The notes below the pieces were generated by a model, which saw nothing but the letters and a program-made list of their open reading frames with translations, had not been told where the DNA came from and made no database searches. A stretch of DNA of 64,000 nucleotides from contig UYFQ01000315.1 of NCBI GenBank assembly GCA_900617105.1, forward strand, positions 1 to 64,000, written 5' to 3'. This DNA is from Hydrurus foetidus. Taxonomy: Eukaryota. The position numbers were made by a program, and so were the translations under genes. Positions 26,315 to 39,661 of this stretch are shown here, piece after piece; position 1 is the stretch's first letter; every line of letters begins with the position of its first letter.

Positions 26315-27592
26315 TTAGTCAGTGCCGCAATAGCACTTTCCATCAATCTCTGTCATGTCACAGTTTCCTGTTTTTGTGTATTCGCAGCACATGCCATTTG
26401 ACTCTCCACATGGGTTGTCACAGTGGCTTTTGCAGGGGACGGAGTTCTTGGGCACTTTGATAGGTTTGAGAGGTTTAAATGGAATCCAGCCACCATTATC
26501 TCCCTTTCCGCCTCCTATCAGAACACAGTGGAGACAATTTTGAAGTTGTTAGCCCTTTGTCTTCTAGTCGTGTTAACGGGTGCAATTTAAGCCGTTCAAA
26601 ATTCATATAAAAAGGAGGAAGTTATAGCATATGAAAGAGTCATGAATAAAAAAGTAAGAAAGTCAGTCAATTAGTCTGTCAGTCGGCCAGTCAGTCAGTC
26701 AGCTACTCAGTCAGTCAGTCAGGAAATCAGTCATCATAATCACCTTTTTTCGAGCTGTCGTCATCCCAAGGCATCCAGGCCATGGTGGGGAAGGGGTGAA
26801 ATCCTCCATCTTCACGGGGAGCGGGGGCCGGGTGACCCGCTGGAGACCTGTTGAGGGTGAGTCCAAATACAAATAGATTTATCATGTTGTACAATCGCCC
26901 TCTACCGATCCCTCTCTTTATCTACCTGTCCACCCGTCTATCTCTTTCTATACATATATATGATTACATCTATACACATTTCTTTCCATCTCGTGAGAAT
27001 TAGGTGTCTGTGCGCAATGTGCAATGTTGGTAGAAGTGACTCTTACTTGGGTTTCTCAGCGGCAGATTTTGGATCAGCAGAAGACACACCACATTCGCAT
27101 TTTCCCTCTTTAGAAATGCTTTGGGCACAGAACTTCGCACCATCATCTCCTATACACGTCAAGAGTGAAATTTCAGCAATCAGGAGTTCGTTGAGTGCGT
27201 TGTAAAATCTTAAAACTGCTCTGTTGATTACCATCTGCCCAGTCACAGCATAGCGGACCATAGACGGAGAAGTAAGACGAACACTGAGATGTGCAGGATG
27301 TTTTGCAATAGGTAGTGCTGACTTTTGATCCCTCCATCCAGGCAGTCTCATTTGAAGATTGCATCAGCCTTGGTTTACCACTGAAAACAAAAAGGACAGA
27401 AGATACGACTATGATGCACAACATGGTCAGCTTCAGCGACGTCTTGTAAGAAAGGTGCCACAGTTGCACGTCTGCAGAGTCCTCAACAACACTTCCGTGA
27501 TCTTCACTGGTAGACAGCCCTTGATAACTGTCTCTCATCTCAACAGTGACATCAGGCATTCGAACTGGCATGGTGGCTCTTTCAGACCTCAT
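26315..27592 (-). CDS. Single-pass membrane protein with two 8-Cys repeats (4 exons)
   Basis: Exons about 27592-27232, 27150-27047, 26847-26743 and 26515-26315 splice in frame. TM segment LTMLCIIVVSSVLFVF is followed by two Cys modules and TAA. Confidence 0.8.
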
Positions 27593-28486
27593 AGCGTCAG
27601 TGAAGGAAAATATGAGTTGCTGAACTCGACGAAAGAAATGCTCACGGCAATGAGATGTCACGGTGACTTTTTAATGAAGGGTGATGGAGATGGGGATTGG
27701 GAAGTGCAAACATTGGACTTGCTCTCTGTGTCTGATTTCGATTTTTTCTTGATTTTCATCTGCTGCGAAGTTTGAAATGGAGGACATCATTATTCATTAT
27801 TACACGGTTTTTCAGTGGACCTCGAACCTTTGCGTCCCAACTACTACCACATCTCCAAACTCCAAACCAACAACCAGCGACCAACATATTTTGATTTTTT
27901 ACTGCTATCATGGCTGCAAACTATTCAGAAAAATCATCTCAACTTCACCAATAATATGCTAATATCCTGTAGAGCACTAACTGGCTGATAGGGTGCAGAT
28001 ATTTTCTACCCAAATATTTGTGTCAAAACATGTGAAATTGTGCTAACAATATTTTCACTCGATCAAATACAGATGATTTCTAGCGGAGAGGATGAACCAA
28101 AATTTTCCTACCGCATGGGATAGGATGCAACACTTTCAAGCTCTGAATTGAAGCTGTTCCTCACAACAGCGATTCGGAGAATATGGGACCGATTCTGACC
28201 ACGACTTCTTCCCTGCTCATACTCGATGGTATAGTCAATACTCTTTGCTATAGTCAGGTATTCGAGGAAGCAGTTGTGGTAGGGTGGAGCATAATCCATA
28301 ATACATAGAATTAAATATACATAGAATTAGAAGATACCGGACAAATACCCTATACCCGTTTACGGTAAGATCTAAAATCGGCCCTCATCATCGAAGACCA
28401 AAGGTGTCTCTACTTATCACTGGTCCTTCCATTTTGCACAAATCTGTCAGCTCTCAGATGCATTTGCAAGGTCGATTTCACCTGTA

Positions 28487-29029
28487 ATGAAATTGCTACC
28501 GCTGATCTCTCAGGGTTGTAAATATCTCAAAATGTCTGCGTCGTCCTCATCCAATCTGAGTTGCGAGTCGCGGAATTTGCTCTCTGCCAATTTCTATTGC
28601 GCATCGAGCAATCTTCATGACGTCGGTGGCATTCGGAAAGTGATTTCTCCCGATCGCGCCGTTGTATATGGCTTGACTGGACTTGACAACATCATGAACG
28701 GTATAGAGGATTTCCATCAAAGGTACGCTGACGTCTTCTGGATCTTTCACAACGTGGTAGAGGAGAAAGACAATTCCTCCGTTCTCATCGAATTCGACAG
28801 ATATTGGACCGTCGAAGCAGAAGATGGTCAGCGTTCATCGATTTATAGATGCTCTGCATCCGAAGTCATGACGTTTGATGAGAGTGGTCGAATAAATTCC
28901 ATAGCGTATAGAGTGGTCCCGAATGATCCTGTTTTGTTCGGTCCCGAATATCCTCCAGATAGATCATCAATTTTGCTTGTAAATCGAATGTTTGTCAAAG
29001 ATAATCCGATTGATTATGGTGGAGAATGA
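28487..29029 (+). CDS. SnoaL/NTF2-like fold protein, intronless
   Basis: 180-aa ORF with a SnoaL-like pattern (FYCASSNLHDV...LTGLDNI...VMTFDESGRINSI). Confidence 0.6.
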   Translation: MKLLPLISQGCKYLKMSASSSSNLSCESRNLLSANFYCASSNLHDVGGIRKVISPDRAVVYGLTGLDNIMNGIEDFHQRYADVFWIFHNVVEEKDNSSVLIEFDRYWTVEAEDGQRSSIYRCSASEVMTFDESGRINSIAYRVVPNDPVLFGPEYPPDRSSILLVNRMFVKDNPIDYGGE

Positions 29030-29609
29030 GTTGCGATGAAAGTTGTTTAATGTGATGTTATGATTCTAAATGCTTTCTAAAATAGAAGTATCCTTACCAA
29101 CTAGAATTTCTTGTTTGCCAGCAATATCGTCTTCAGTCGAAAATCTGCGTGCCTTCCGTTTTAAGTCGACTAAACTCAAAACTGCACAGTCGTCTTCTTG
29201 CAATCTTCTAATTTCTTTTATTTCTAATTTATATATGCATGATACAAAATATTTTTAATCGTGAAATTGACGAAGAAAACAAGCCTTGGGAAGTTGGCGC
29301 TTCTTAACAATAAAAATCAAGATTCCTCAAAAAGTGTGTATTTGAGTCCAGCAATATAGCGATTTCGATCTACCATTAGTGAAGACGGTTCAGGCAGGAA
29401 AGCCACACTGCTAAACGAAAGTCGAGAGCCCATATCGACATCATTGCGACTCAGTCAGTAAGCCGTCAAGCAACGTATCGGCCTTCTGTCTGGAACTGGT
29501 GGTGTGTGTCTGGGCTTCCTGTTCTAGTGGCTAGACTCATCAAATGTGCCATTTACTCGTGGCCGACAACGCAACAGCCACAGATTACTTTTCTTATAGA
29601 CCATCTGAA

Positions 29610-29988
29610 TCAGCCTGTGAGCTCATTCGTTGCGTTGTCCTGAAGTACGTCAGACTCACATTTGGGCTGCTTTGGCTCATCTGTGTATGGTTGAGCTGCT
29701 GCCTTCACCACTTTCTTTTGTGGCACGGACCTCCGCTTCGCACTTGAGAAATTCAATCTGTTGTCAGTGAGGTTTTTGAAATTTTTCAACATGAGAAGCT
29801 CCGTCAGGAGTTCACATTCTTCTTCTAGTTTTGCCTTCTCTGCAACGGCCTGAGGTAAAACACAATGTGAACAAAAATCAGAATTTTTGGAGTCATTGAA
29901 TTATATTTAACATTTGTGACAGGCAACTCACATCCAGGTAAATTTGACCGACGCTTTCCGGTTCTGTTTTCCAGGAACTCATGCTCAT
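29610..29988 (-). CDS. Small hypothetical protein (2 exons)
   Basis: MSMSSWKTEPESVGQIYLD|gtgagt...ttacctcag|AVAEKAKLEEECELLTELL... splices in frame. No family recognised. Confidence 0.4.
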
Positions 29989-31342
29989 TCACTGCATGGA
30001 TTAAGAAAACGGTCGAGCGTCGTGCACATTGCGACGACAGGATTCATCATACTTCAGATTGTTATTTGCGTTTTGCGGAGGTTTGTATGTTGAATGTTGT
30101 TGATAGTTGATAGTTGAAAGAGTTGGCGAGATGATCGAGAGATGAGATCCGATCGGCGGCAAATATTGAATATTTCGTATTTCGTTTCAAATACCGTCGC
30201 GAGTACCTATTCTTTTACCATTTTCGATTTCCGGTTTTCGGAATTTCGGGGATTTTTGGCTGTTTTCCAGCAATTTCTCGACAACTAGGGAAGTGGGGAC
30301 CCTGATGAGATGTGTCAGGTGTTGCCTGAAGTTGTCCACATCTTTTGATATATGATGGTCATGCACCTACGATGCGCAGATCGGCTGCAAATCGCGATCC
30401 AAAATCAACTTTCGGTCCCTTGCGATCGAAATTTCTCGATTTTGGAGCACGCAAGTTGAAAACTGAATCCGCAGTGTAACTAGAAGAATTATCCTTTCTC
30501 TAAATCCACTATCACATTTGCATGAAATTCTATGTCGGAGGAGTAAGCAGTTCCCGTTGGCAATTACCGTGTCAAAATTTCCGTGATTCTGACTGTTGTC
30601 AAAATCCTATTCTCACTTCAAAATGGCAAAAGAAAGGCACTCGACGGTCGTATTTGAGCACCTAAATAGTGTATTCCGGAGTGTATTCCAGCTGGATGGT
30701 GAGATGCCAAGGGAGATGACACACTTTCAAAGGAGTTATGTACGGATATTATCATCCTTGGTTGTCGATCTAATGTACATCAAATACCCTGACTTCAATT
30801 CGCAATGCATAAGTGACATCGCGATTTCGAAAATCAGACTGTTTCATCAAGAGATTTCGAAGGATTTCACGATACTCCAAACAGTGCAAAACTACAAAGA
30901 CTCTAATTAATGCTGCTTAGAAATTTATGAAATAGCTCTGACATGATGCAATTATCAAGCGAGATAAATAGAGTCTAGTATATAAAGGGAGAGTATCGGC
31001 ATATAATAAATTATACCACAAGATCAGATCCAACGAACATGATCGTATCCTTCGTCCACTGCTCTAATTTTTTCATGGTCACAGGCAGCTGTTAAATACC
31101 AGCAGTTCTGATTCATTGTTTGTCAAATCGAGAGCCTGCAACAATCAATTTAGCGATTGAAGGATTTCAGAACTATGAATGATCGAGGATCATTCTGTCT
31201 GTATGCTATCTAATCCGCTTTCAGAATTGAAAACAACAATAGATCATCTTGAAAATCGGAACTGCTGCTTATATTTTGGCTGCAAAGCTCTCTGAAGTCA
31301 ATAGTCCATCACGGGAAGTCCCATGTGGTCCTATGAATTGAT

Positions 31343-31816
31343 TCATCTCGAGAGCGAACTAAAAAATGATGCTAGCCAAGGCTCTAGTTCTGACAGCTCA
31401 GTCCTCTCGTCAGCCATACAGAGTTCATGCATAGATGTTCCGCCCAGATCACTGAGGCGTTTATACATCACTTTGCCGCATTGGTTGCAATCTTTTGCTG
31501 TGGTAGTTTGCCTGTCCTGTAATAAGTTGGAATCCCCGAGACCAATTACAGCAAACTTTAATTTTGACAGTAGATCTGCAGGATGACTGAGATTCTTTAA
31601 AAAGCTGTACATTCTTACGGCACTTTCGGGGACTTGATCATTTTCAATCGTTTGCACAATGAAAATGGTGAAGGACTCTACTGAATCGATATTGGCTTTT
31701 TTGAAATCCTTCATATCGAAAACTTTTACATCATGCGAATGTGACTGTGCAACTTCACAAAAATTTTCGGTGACACTCTGCGAGAGCTCCCCGCCGAATA
31801 AAACTTGCAACTTCAT
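31343..31816 (-). CDS. Stand-alone flavodoxin-like protein
   Basis: FTIFIVQTIENDQVPESA, LKFAVIGLGDSN, RLSDLGG, ADERTELSELEPW follow the flavodoxin_1 pattern. Probable start at MKLQVLFGG. Confidence 0.85.
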   Translation of the reverse strand: MKLQVLFGGELSQSVTENFCEVAQSHSHDVKVFDMKDFKKANIDSVESFTIFIVQTIENDQVPESAVRMYSFLKNLSHPADLLSKLKFAVIGLGDSNLLQDRQTTTAKDCNQCGKVMYKRLSDLGGTSMHELCMADERTELSELEPWLASFFSSLSR

Positions 31817-32097
31817 TGAATTTTTGACGGCGTCTCTGTTGTAGATTACAGATGAAAATGACAGTGTTCGAGTGCACAGTCGACAAGGCGAAGGGCGAAG
31901 TGTGTAGAAGTCGATGACGCGTACGTATTTGTGTGAGTATCCGGATTGGATTGAGATGAAACTGGCACAGTACAGTATGACATCACACATCACACATCAC
32001 ACATCATGACAGGCAACCTCTCTTCACTGTCAGCTACTCGGCACATTTCGTGAGAAAGTTTCTGACAGCATCTCTACTTTTGACGAAGAAAGGAGGC

Positions 32098-32718
32098 ATG
32101 AGGCATTTTGGTATTATTCACTCCCTAATACTGACATCATGGTCTCTGGTTTGTGTGCAGAGCTTTTTGACTCCTATGCAATTCAAATCACTTCAACAAG
32201 GGCCAGTTGCATCCATGAGATCCGATTTTGGCTCAATCAAAGCTGAAAGCGAGGGCGGCGACGGTGCTGACAAAAAAATTGATGCAGTTAGTGCAGGTCC
32301 AGCTCGAACTGATTTAGGTGATCTGTTTGGTCAACCAGTAGATGTTCAGACGTTGATTACCGGGTCGAAAGTGGAAACGAGTGGAGACGAAAAGATCGCT
32401 GCGATTCAAATGCAAATAGCTGATAGAATAGCTGTTCTGAAGAAGGAGCAGCAGTGGAGTGACGGTCCTGATGTTTTCGGGAAAGACCCTTTGGCTACTC
32501 AGCCGATCTGGCAGACCATGGCCGAACAGATTAAAATATGCAAACCATTCGAAAGCGTTGAGGAGCTCGCTACAACTTATTTTCTACTACTAGCGACCAC
32601 AACATTTCTGAGCACTTATCTACTCGTACTAAGAGATGCATTTGATGGCTTTATTGTTTGGTTTACCAAAACAGATTTCGACAACCAGTTTCTCTCCATT
32701 CTGTTCAACCAATCATGA
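32098..32718 (+). CDS. Putative plastid-targeted membrane protein of unknown function
   Basis: Signal peptide ending VQS-F, then a transit-like region. C-terminal hydrophobic segment YFLLLATTTFLSTYLLVL. Confidence 0.7.
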   Translation: MRHFGIIHSLILTSWSLVCVQSFLTPMQFKSLQQGPVASMRSDFGSIKAESEGGDGADKKIDAVSAGPARTDLGDLFGQPVDVQTLITGSKVETSGDEKIAAIQMQIADRIAVLKKEQQWSDGPDVFGKDPLATQPIWQTMAEQIKICKPFESVEELATTYFLLLATTTFLSTYLLVLRDAFDGFIVWFTKTDFDNQFLSILFNQS

Positions 32719-33309
32719 ACTTCTCACGTCAGCTTCTAACTAATAATGACGTAGCAGTCAGGAAAAATAAGTGATAGCTTTTTAATGACATGATGGCAAT
32801 AGGCTTGATAATTCATGTTGTGTTGTAAATTCTTTTTAGAGGTTTATATGATATATTAATTTACTTTATCTAAAATCCCATCTATTCTTTGTCATCTATC
32901 GAAACCATTGTAGAGATGCATCTTCTGATAAAGATCTCAGTAGAACTGATCAGCGAAAGAAGTGGCGAAATACTGCAAAGAAAATCAATAAATTAAGAAA
33001 AGGTTGAAAAATATGATATAATCGAGACGGCAGGCGGTGTTAATTACAGAGTTAATTCAAAATAATTCAAAACATAAATGGGAGATTTGGACCTAAACTG
33101 CACGTCACAACCCAACTTCAAAACTTCTGCTCAGGGCTGACTAGCCGTATAAATAATCAAATAACAGCCATCAGTCAGAATGTAAAAACTGCTGCGGGAA
33201 AAGCTTTTTTCATGAGCTTTAAATCAGGAAGACATCGGGATCTAAAAACGAGAGAAACGAAACGCACTCAAATAAGAGGATGAGAAGAGAGAAGCGATTG
33301 TTTTCATGT

Positions 33310-36158
33310 CTACTTCTGTTGCTGTTGGTGTGCGTCACTCTCGTACTCCACACTTGTGTACTTACTGATAGCAGCGTTGACCCAGAACTGATTCTAGAAT
33401 AAAAAAAAGAAAAAAAATGGGTAATGGATATAATGTACAGAAGTAGAAAAGAAACAAGAACGATGTGGCGTGTTTTTGCCAATTGCGTGCGTCATTTATG
33501 AAGCCAAGAATAAAGGACTCAAGTAATAGTGCAATTCATCTTCAGTGTAACAATTATACAAACCATGAAAAATCACGTAATTACAGCAACAATCGCTTCT
33601 CATTTCACGGAATTCAGAGCATGTTCGTGATTTTCAGTGGCGAGTTTAATTACTACGGTGGAGATTAACTTGTACATTTACATAAGCTATGTTAAGCTGA
33701 ATACACAATACACGAAGGACTAACTTGTTGAGAACTAATTTCGTATTCTAGTACAAGTTGGATGAAGCAGAAGCACTTGGCTGTTTCTCCTCACACTGAA
33801 AATTAAGTACACATGCATAAAAGACAAAAAAATCACAAGAACATTAAAAAAAGAATTAAATACATGATAATGTTCGTGCGTACGTACCATCTGAACAATC
33901 TCTGAAAAAGGAATGAGAGATGTTGACAGGGATATCTGGGTCGTTAAAAGTCTTTTCTTAACACCTCCTGGTATCAAGTTTGAAACCGCTTTGGGTAGAA
34001 GGCTAATTATCTTGGAAGTTAATCCTTTGAGCGCCTAGGTGAGAGAAAAGGTGAATAGTACATTAGTATTTGATGTGTCATAACCAGCGTTTTGTGTGGA
34101 ATATTTATCTTCTTGTAGCTTTGAAGCTATGATGCAAGTTGTTGCAAAACGAAATGCATGACACTTTATTTGCACCACACATGTTGGAAAAAAGTACTTC
34201 ATTTCATGCGATTCAATAATGCATTCGGTGAAACGACCATCAATACCGTCATCGTTTTTCTGTTTCCGATTGATTTCTCATTACAGCGATAGTCTCTAAC
34301 GCCTACCATACCTGTGATATGCGATACAATATTCCTAGTGGACCCCCTCCGGGTAGCTGCAGCAGTTTCCACAATGCAAGACCTTCCGGCACCTGGGGAG
34401 GGGAGTGGAGGGGAAGGGATTCATAGAAAGTTATTGATGTACCGACAAAAAATAAAAGTAGATCATTAGATAGCAGATCTACTTATCTAAGAATAGTGTA
34501 TTGCGACAAAAACATAATAATCATCAAAACCATTTAGTACCAATATGATAGAAGTTTGATAAACGTGATTGGCAGTTACACTTATACCATTATCATCACT
34601 ATGATAATTCAACAAACATAATGTAGAAGGAGGAATACAGCGAAGCATGAATAGTCACACACGCTATATCTATCAAAATCTCAGCTGATGTTTAATGGAT
34701 TACAAGATAATTTGTGAAATTACATTGAGATTAATTTCACCACTAGAGCATTTCGATAACTTCGTTCGTGTCTGGAGAATATTGGACATAAATTTGTCGC
34801 TATGAAGATAACATCAATGAATAATTGCTCTCTCAACTATTCTATTTTGTTAAAAACAATACAATATATCTGACCTGTCGTCTTGAGAACAACGGTAACG
34901 CCTCTGAGATATTGTCATTCGTTTCGTCCAGGCATTTATCAAGAGCCACTACATCCATGAGAGCGCTGTTGGCACCTTGACCCAAGGTCCCTCCTGTGCT
35001 GTGTGCGGCATCGCCCATGATAAGGGCACTGCTCGCACCGTTGATTGCTCTGTGATATCTATTGCACCGAATTGTTCTTGCACTGGATGGTCTCTGTGCT
35101 GTCAACTGCGCCACTGCTGCGTCAGTTGGTTCACCGAATAAAGGATAATTCGCAGCAATAGAAGCCTTCACTTCCTTAGGATCAGCTAGTTCTGACAATA
35201 TTGGGGGGACTATTTCACCTTTCCAGGAGAGCAGAGCACAGGTTTGATTTCCGGGGGAAGGAATTAAGAACATTCCGTATCCTGCTTTCTTTCCCACTTC
35301 CATTGCATGCACTGCATCGCTCTCTAATGCGGGTGGCATGGCTTGTAGCATGACTTTGTACGATCCGGGCAGAACAACCTCCTCGCATTTAAACGGTTTT
35401 GAATCCACCATATTCGCTGTTACACCAGCACCGACTGTTGGCTGTTCTCCTTCTATTTTCATCGCATTCCTAAGTTCTGATTGCACTCCATCAGCCCCAA
35501 TGATTAAATCATATGGCTTCTTTACTTGTATGCTGCCTTTGACAAGATGTCTAATCTCATCAAAATCAGCTGTCTGATTCTCTAAATCAACGCTGAGCAA
35601 ACGACTGTTGAATGTTACGGTGAGTCGGCCACTTCCGGAATACTTCGACTCAAGATTCTCAAGCATTCCCATGCACAATTTGTTCCTAGGAATCAGCAAT
35701 GTTGGCGGAACCTCATCAACAGTAGGGACAACTTTCTCATCTTTTGCCTTTGGTTTCCGGAGCTGAATCTTTTTACTTCCAATATGCAAGTAAAAAGAAT
35801 CTGATTCTACACCTAAAGCTTTTAAAGAACCCCAGAGACCAGGACTTTTACCAGCAACATCAAAGTGATTTACAGCAGCCTGTCCTCGAATATTCAATCC
35901 CAACGAGTAAGATCTGGGTCCTGCTTGAGTTTGCCTAGGATCTTCTCTTGATTCAACTATCTCGACATCGTATTTATCCCCTCTGCTTAGTAAGCAGTGT
36001 GCAGCTAGTAATCCAGCTGGACCACCACCTGCGATCAGAACCTTTGTTCTTCCTGTACTTTTTAATGTTGACGCTGATACTCCAGAGTAATTACTTGATA
36101 TGACTATCCCAAGTACTGTGAGGCTTCCGAACAAGTCACGCCATATGAGCTGGACCAT
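33310..36158 (-). CDS. FAD-dependent monooxygenase, kynurenine 3-monooxygenase-like (4 exons)
   Basis: VLIAGGGPAGL, ESREDPR, RSYSLGLNIRG, DLIIGADGVQS, LIMGDAAHSTGGTLGQGANSALMDV. Downstream exons about 34392-34312, 34034-33888 and 33393-33310. Confidence 0.88.
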
Positions 36159-36542
36159 TTTTTGAAATTGCGGACTATGCTGTAAAGAGCTCCCCGCTAT
36201 CCAATTTTAAGGATCGCTAGAGTCACAGTGAAAACTAGATTTGCTTTATCAAGCAGCAATAGCGCAGACCTGATTATTGGAGAGAGATCGAGATGCCGTG
36301 ACATGTCACCAGACGCGTACGTTTTGACCGTTAGAAATCGACATGTTCCTCTGTAAGTACTGATGTCCATGTGACCGTGTGCCTCTAAACTGTTACCGTA
36401 TCCAATTACTTAACAATTAGCAGATCAGAGCGCGATTGAAAGGTTTCCAAAAGCACTTGTTGTGTTTCTCACTGGAAGTAACTGTTGCCTATAATCGGAT
36501 GCTGGCATTGCTACATATTAATTGTTTCCATTTGTGAAGAAA

Positions 36543-39500
36543 ATGCCTCGATGGATGCCGCATTTCTGGACCTCATGGCTACTACTGTTTAGTCATGGTT
36601 CACAGAGTAAAGAGATTGGCGATATGTATGCTGGGAGAGTTGTGAAAGGAAATCGGAATGCTTTGTTTTTGATAAAGAATGGTGCAAGGCTACAATTTCC
36701 TGATTTCTTCACATTTGAGAAGATGGGTTACAACTCATCAAGTGTTTTGAAGATCAAGGATGATGTTTTGATGAGTATTCCTCTAGGTCCAATGATAGCA
36801 GCACTCCCTCAACCTCCACCCTTCCGGCCAGACGACCACATGTTTCACGAGCAATGCGGCGACCCCGATCGCATGGTACTAATTCTGCGTCCAAATTGTA
36901 CTTTGTATTGACTTGAGTACAATCTGGCAGCTTTGGTGTATTTTCTGTACCTCTGCGTGACATTTTCAGCAACGACTGAATCCTATTTACTGTTTAACAA
37001 CCATGAAGCGCCTAGTGTAGCATGAACATTATTCACTTTCAATCTGCATGACATATCTAACAATGAAATCAATCTTAACAGATAAATGATTTAGGACTGA
37101 TACCAAGCATGGGGGAATACTCTCGATTTAATCAGGTCGTAAATCGCGTCAGAAGTACCGGTAAAATTGACATATTAGCGTTAGGAGGAAGCATTACTGC
37201 TGGTGGATATTTCATGGAGTTTGCTCGGTCTTTACGAGAGAAAAGCAATTTAAATGTTACCGTCCATAATCACGGACATGGAGCAACTGAAATCACATGT
37301 AAGTACACCTGCTATTGTCGAGTTCTTAACGAAACAATGAAGCTTATTTGACGAACATTGTGCGATGCAATTCTCAGCGGTCATTTTTCGAGAACGAAAA
37401 TATGATATTCCCGATTATTTGTGACTTCGACAGTATTAGAGTGAAGGGCGACTTTAGTGCAGTAAATCCATGGCCTTTTGCTGCTTGATCAATAGCATCT
37501 TCTGCAAGCCACAAATATCTTTGCTTTGAAATGACGCATATGGTATGATATTTGATATTTTTAACTTTTCACTCGAACTACATGACATTGCCTGCATGCA
37601 TGTAATTGAGTAATATCAAATCACATTTCTCCTTGCCCTTATAATTAACTCGACATCAATTTCAATACGTCTCATTCCAATCTCAACACGTATCAATATC
37701 AGTGACATCTCATCATTTCCCCACTCTACTGGATACAATATTTTGCGAATTTCGACACGTCACAAAATCAATCCTTTTAAATTATTTCCACTTTCAATAT
37801 TAGATACAATATTCTGTGTGGACATTGAGCACTATCAACCCGATCTCGTTATGATTGATTTTTCTGTAAACGACCAAGGACCTCCGAAACTAATGGAAGC
37901 ATTGTTACGAAAAACATTGGCGATGAAATCACGTCCTATTGTATTACTGGTGAGAAACTTATTGAAGTTACCTTTACTCTGATTATCGTGTCACATTTGC
38001 GTGGATATTTAAAATAGCGCACTCGGACTGTTCTTGAAAAAGCAGTCTTGAGTGTATTTTTTGTTGATCAAAAATTTGAATATTGGCAGTATGGCTAGAA
38101 TGGATTGTAACTTGTAATTTGTGACGTGCGTTAAGTGTGCGATGAGGAGCACTGGCAGTATCAAGTACTAGGACCGTACGACGATATTAGATGATAAGAA
38201 CTGATAGGAATGATGGAGTGTTGATGTGAAGATGATTGGCAGCACTGTAATACGACAGAAGAAATAAAGAGAAGAAAAGAGAATGATAGATGTGAGATTG
38301 CGAATATGTCAAGACAAAGAAATTAGATGCCAAATACACCTTATTGATTTCAACCAAGAAGTAGATGCTATTTCAGGAGCAGCAAGAATGTCCCAGAACG
38401 TACTTGAGTTCAGAGTAACATTGGAATGGTGACTTTGACAGTGCCCAATCTTGTCTTCGGTTGTATGTCGGACAATGTACTGTATTCTGTTTTGGTAGTT
38501 AAGTATTGCCACAACGGAATAAATTATCTGTAATGCAGATAAAAATGAACGTTTAGCGCCGTGAATATCACTATTCATTTCCTCTCGAGACCGTTTACAT
38601 TGTCCGACATTTTATCTCGTTCTGGTAAATACGGTATACAATTATCCCTGTAAATTGAAATGATTAGTCAGTTTCCTTTCGATCTAAGTCCATGTCTTAA
38701 TCTTCTAATATTCTTAATTAGCATCTAATTTACTTATTCCAATTCAAAGGTGAATCTCTGGACTTTCACAAAATGTGCAACAACAAGATATTTGGAATTG
38801 GCATTTTATTATAGTGTGCCATTGATGAACGTATGTCCCGCAGTAGCATTATGTTTTGGGAAAGGAAGATTGCCAAAACACATTAGTGACGAATATTCAC
38901 TGACAGATGGTATACATCCGTGGGGTAGCAGAGGGGTTTCTTTTTTAGGGGCTCTGCTGTACTCGTGGTGGAGAAGATATGAAGAAATAGTGAGTGACGA
39001 ACTACATACGTACACTGCAAAAACCGGACTGGCAGCGATGCAGTTAAAGGAGGCTAATTTCAATGAAACAAATACCAATTCCAATGGAATAAATACCAAT
39101 TTTCTCCCCGTTGCTATGTATCCCGACAAAGCTATTGGCATTTGTACAAGATGCGAAGCTATGACCAGTGATTCTGACGCGAAATTAAAACCACTAGGGC
39201 ACATCAAAGGGTTCAAGATAGTGACAAGAATGAAAGTAGGGTATGGAGGGTTCAATCCAAATGATACAACACTCGGCACAAAAAGTTTTAAAAAAAGTTG
39301 GCAGGCTGAAAAAGCTGGTAGTAGCATTTCTTTTAAATTTTATGGCTCGAGCGTCAAGGTCGCTATATGGCAGAGGAGGGACGGAATGGGTATCCTGAAT
39401 GCTGTCGTTGATGGGGACGACAACAATGTCGCCAAAGCTTCGGGGTTTTTCAAAGGATACACTTGGGCGATGGAGCGAAACAACACAGGAAGGAGTGAAA

Positions 39501-39661
39501 TAATGTCGCTGTTCGAAGGTCTCGAAGACAGAGAACACATCATCAAATTCACTGTAGCGCCCGAGCCGGCTAACGTGTGGGTCAAAGGACACACAACACA
39601 GATATTCGCATTACTCTCTGCCAGTGATAATAAGAACTGTAAAACCGTTCTGTTGATATGA
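36543..39661 (+). CDS. Secreted SGNH/GDSL-like hydrolase (about 4 exons)
   Basis: Signal peptide, block I LALGGSITAG, block II NHGHGAT, block III PDLVMIDFSVND, block V DGIHP. Confidence 0.85.

Noticed and set aside
30596..30910. 104-codon ORF as a gene or transposase fragment
   Set aside because: No recognisable motif or splice context. The region may be a decayed element, but I found no TIR or TSD.
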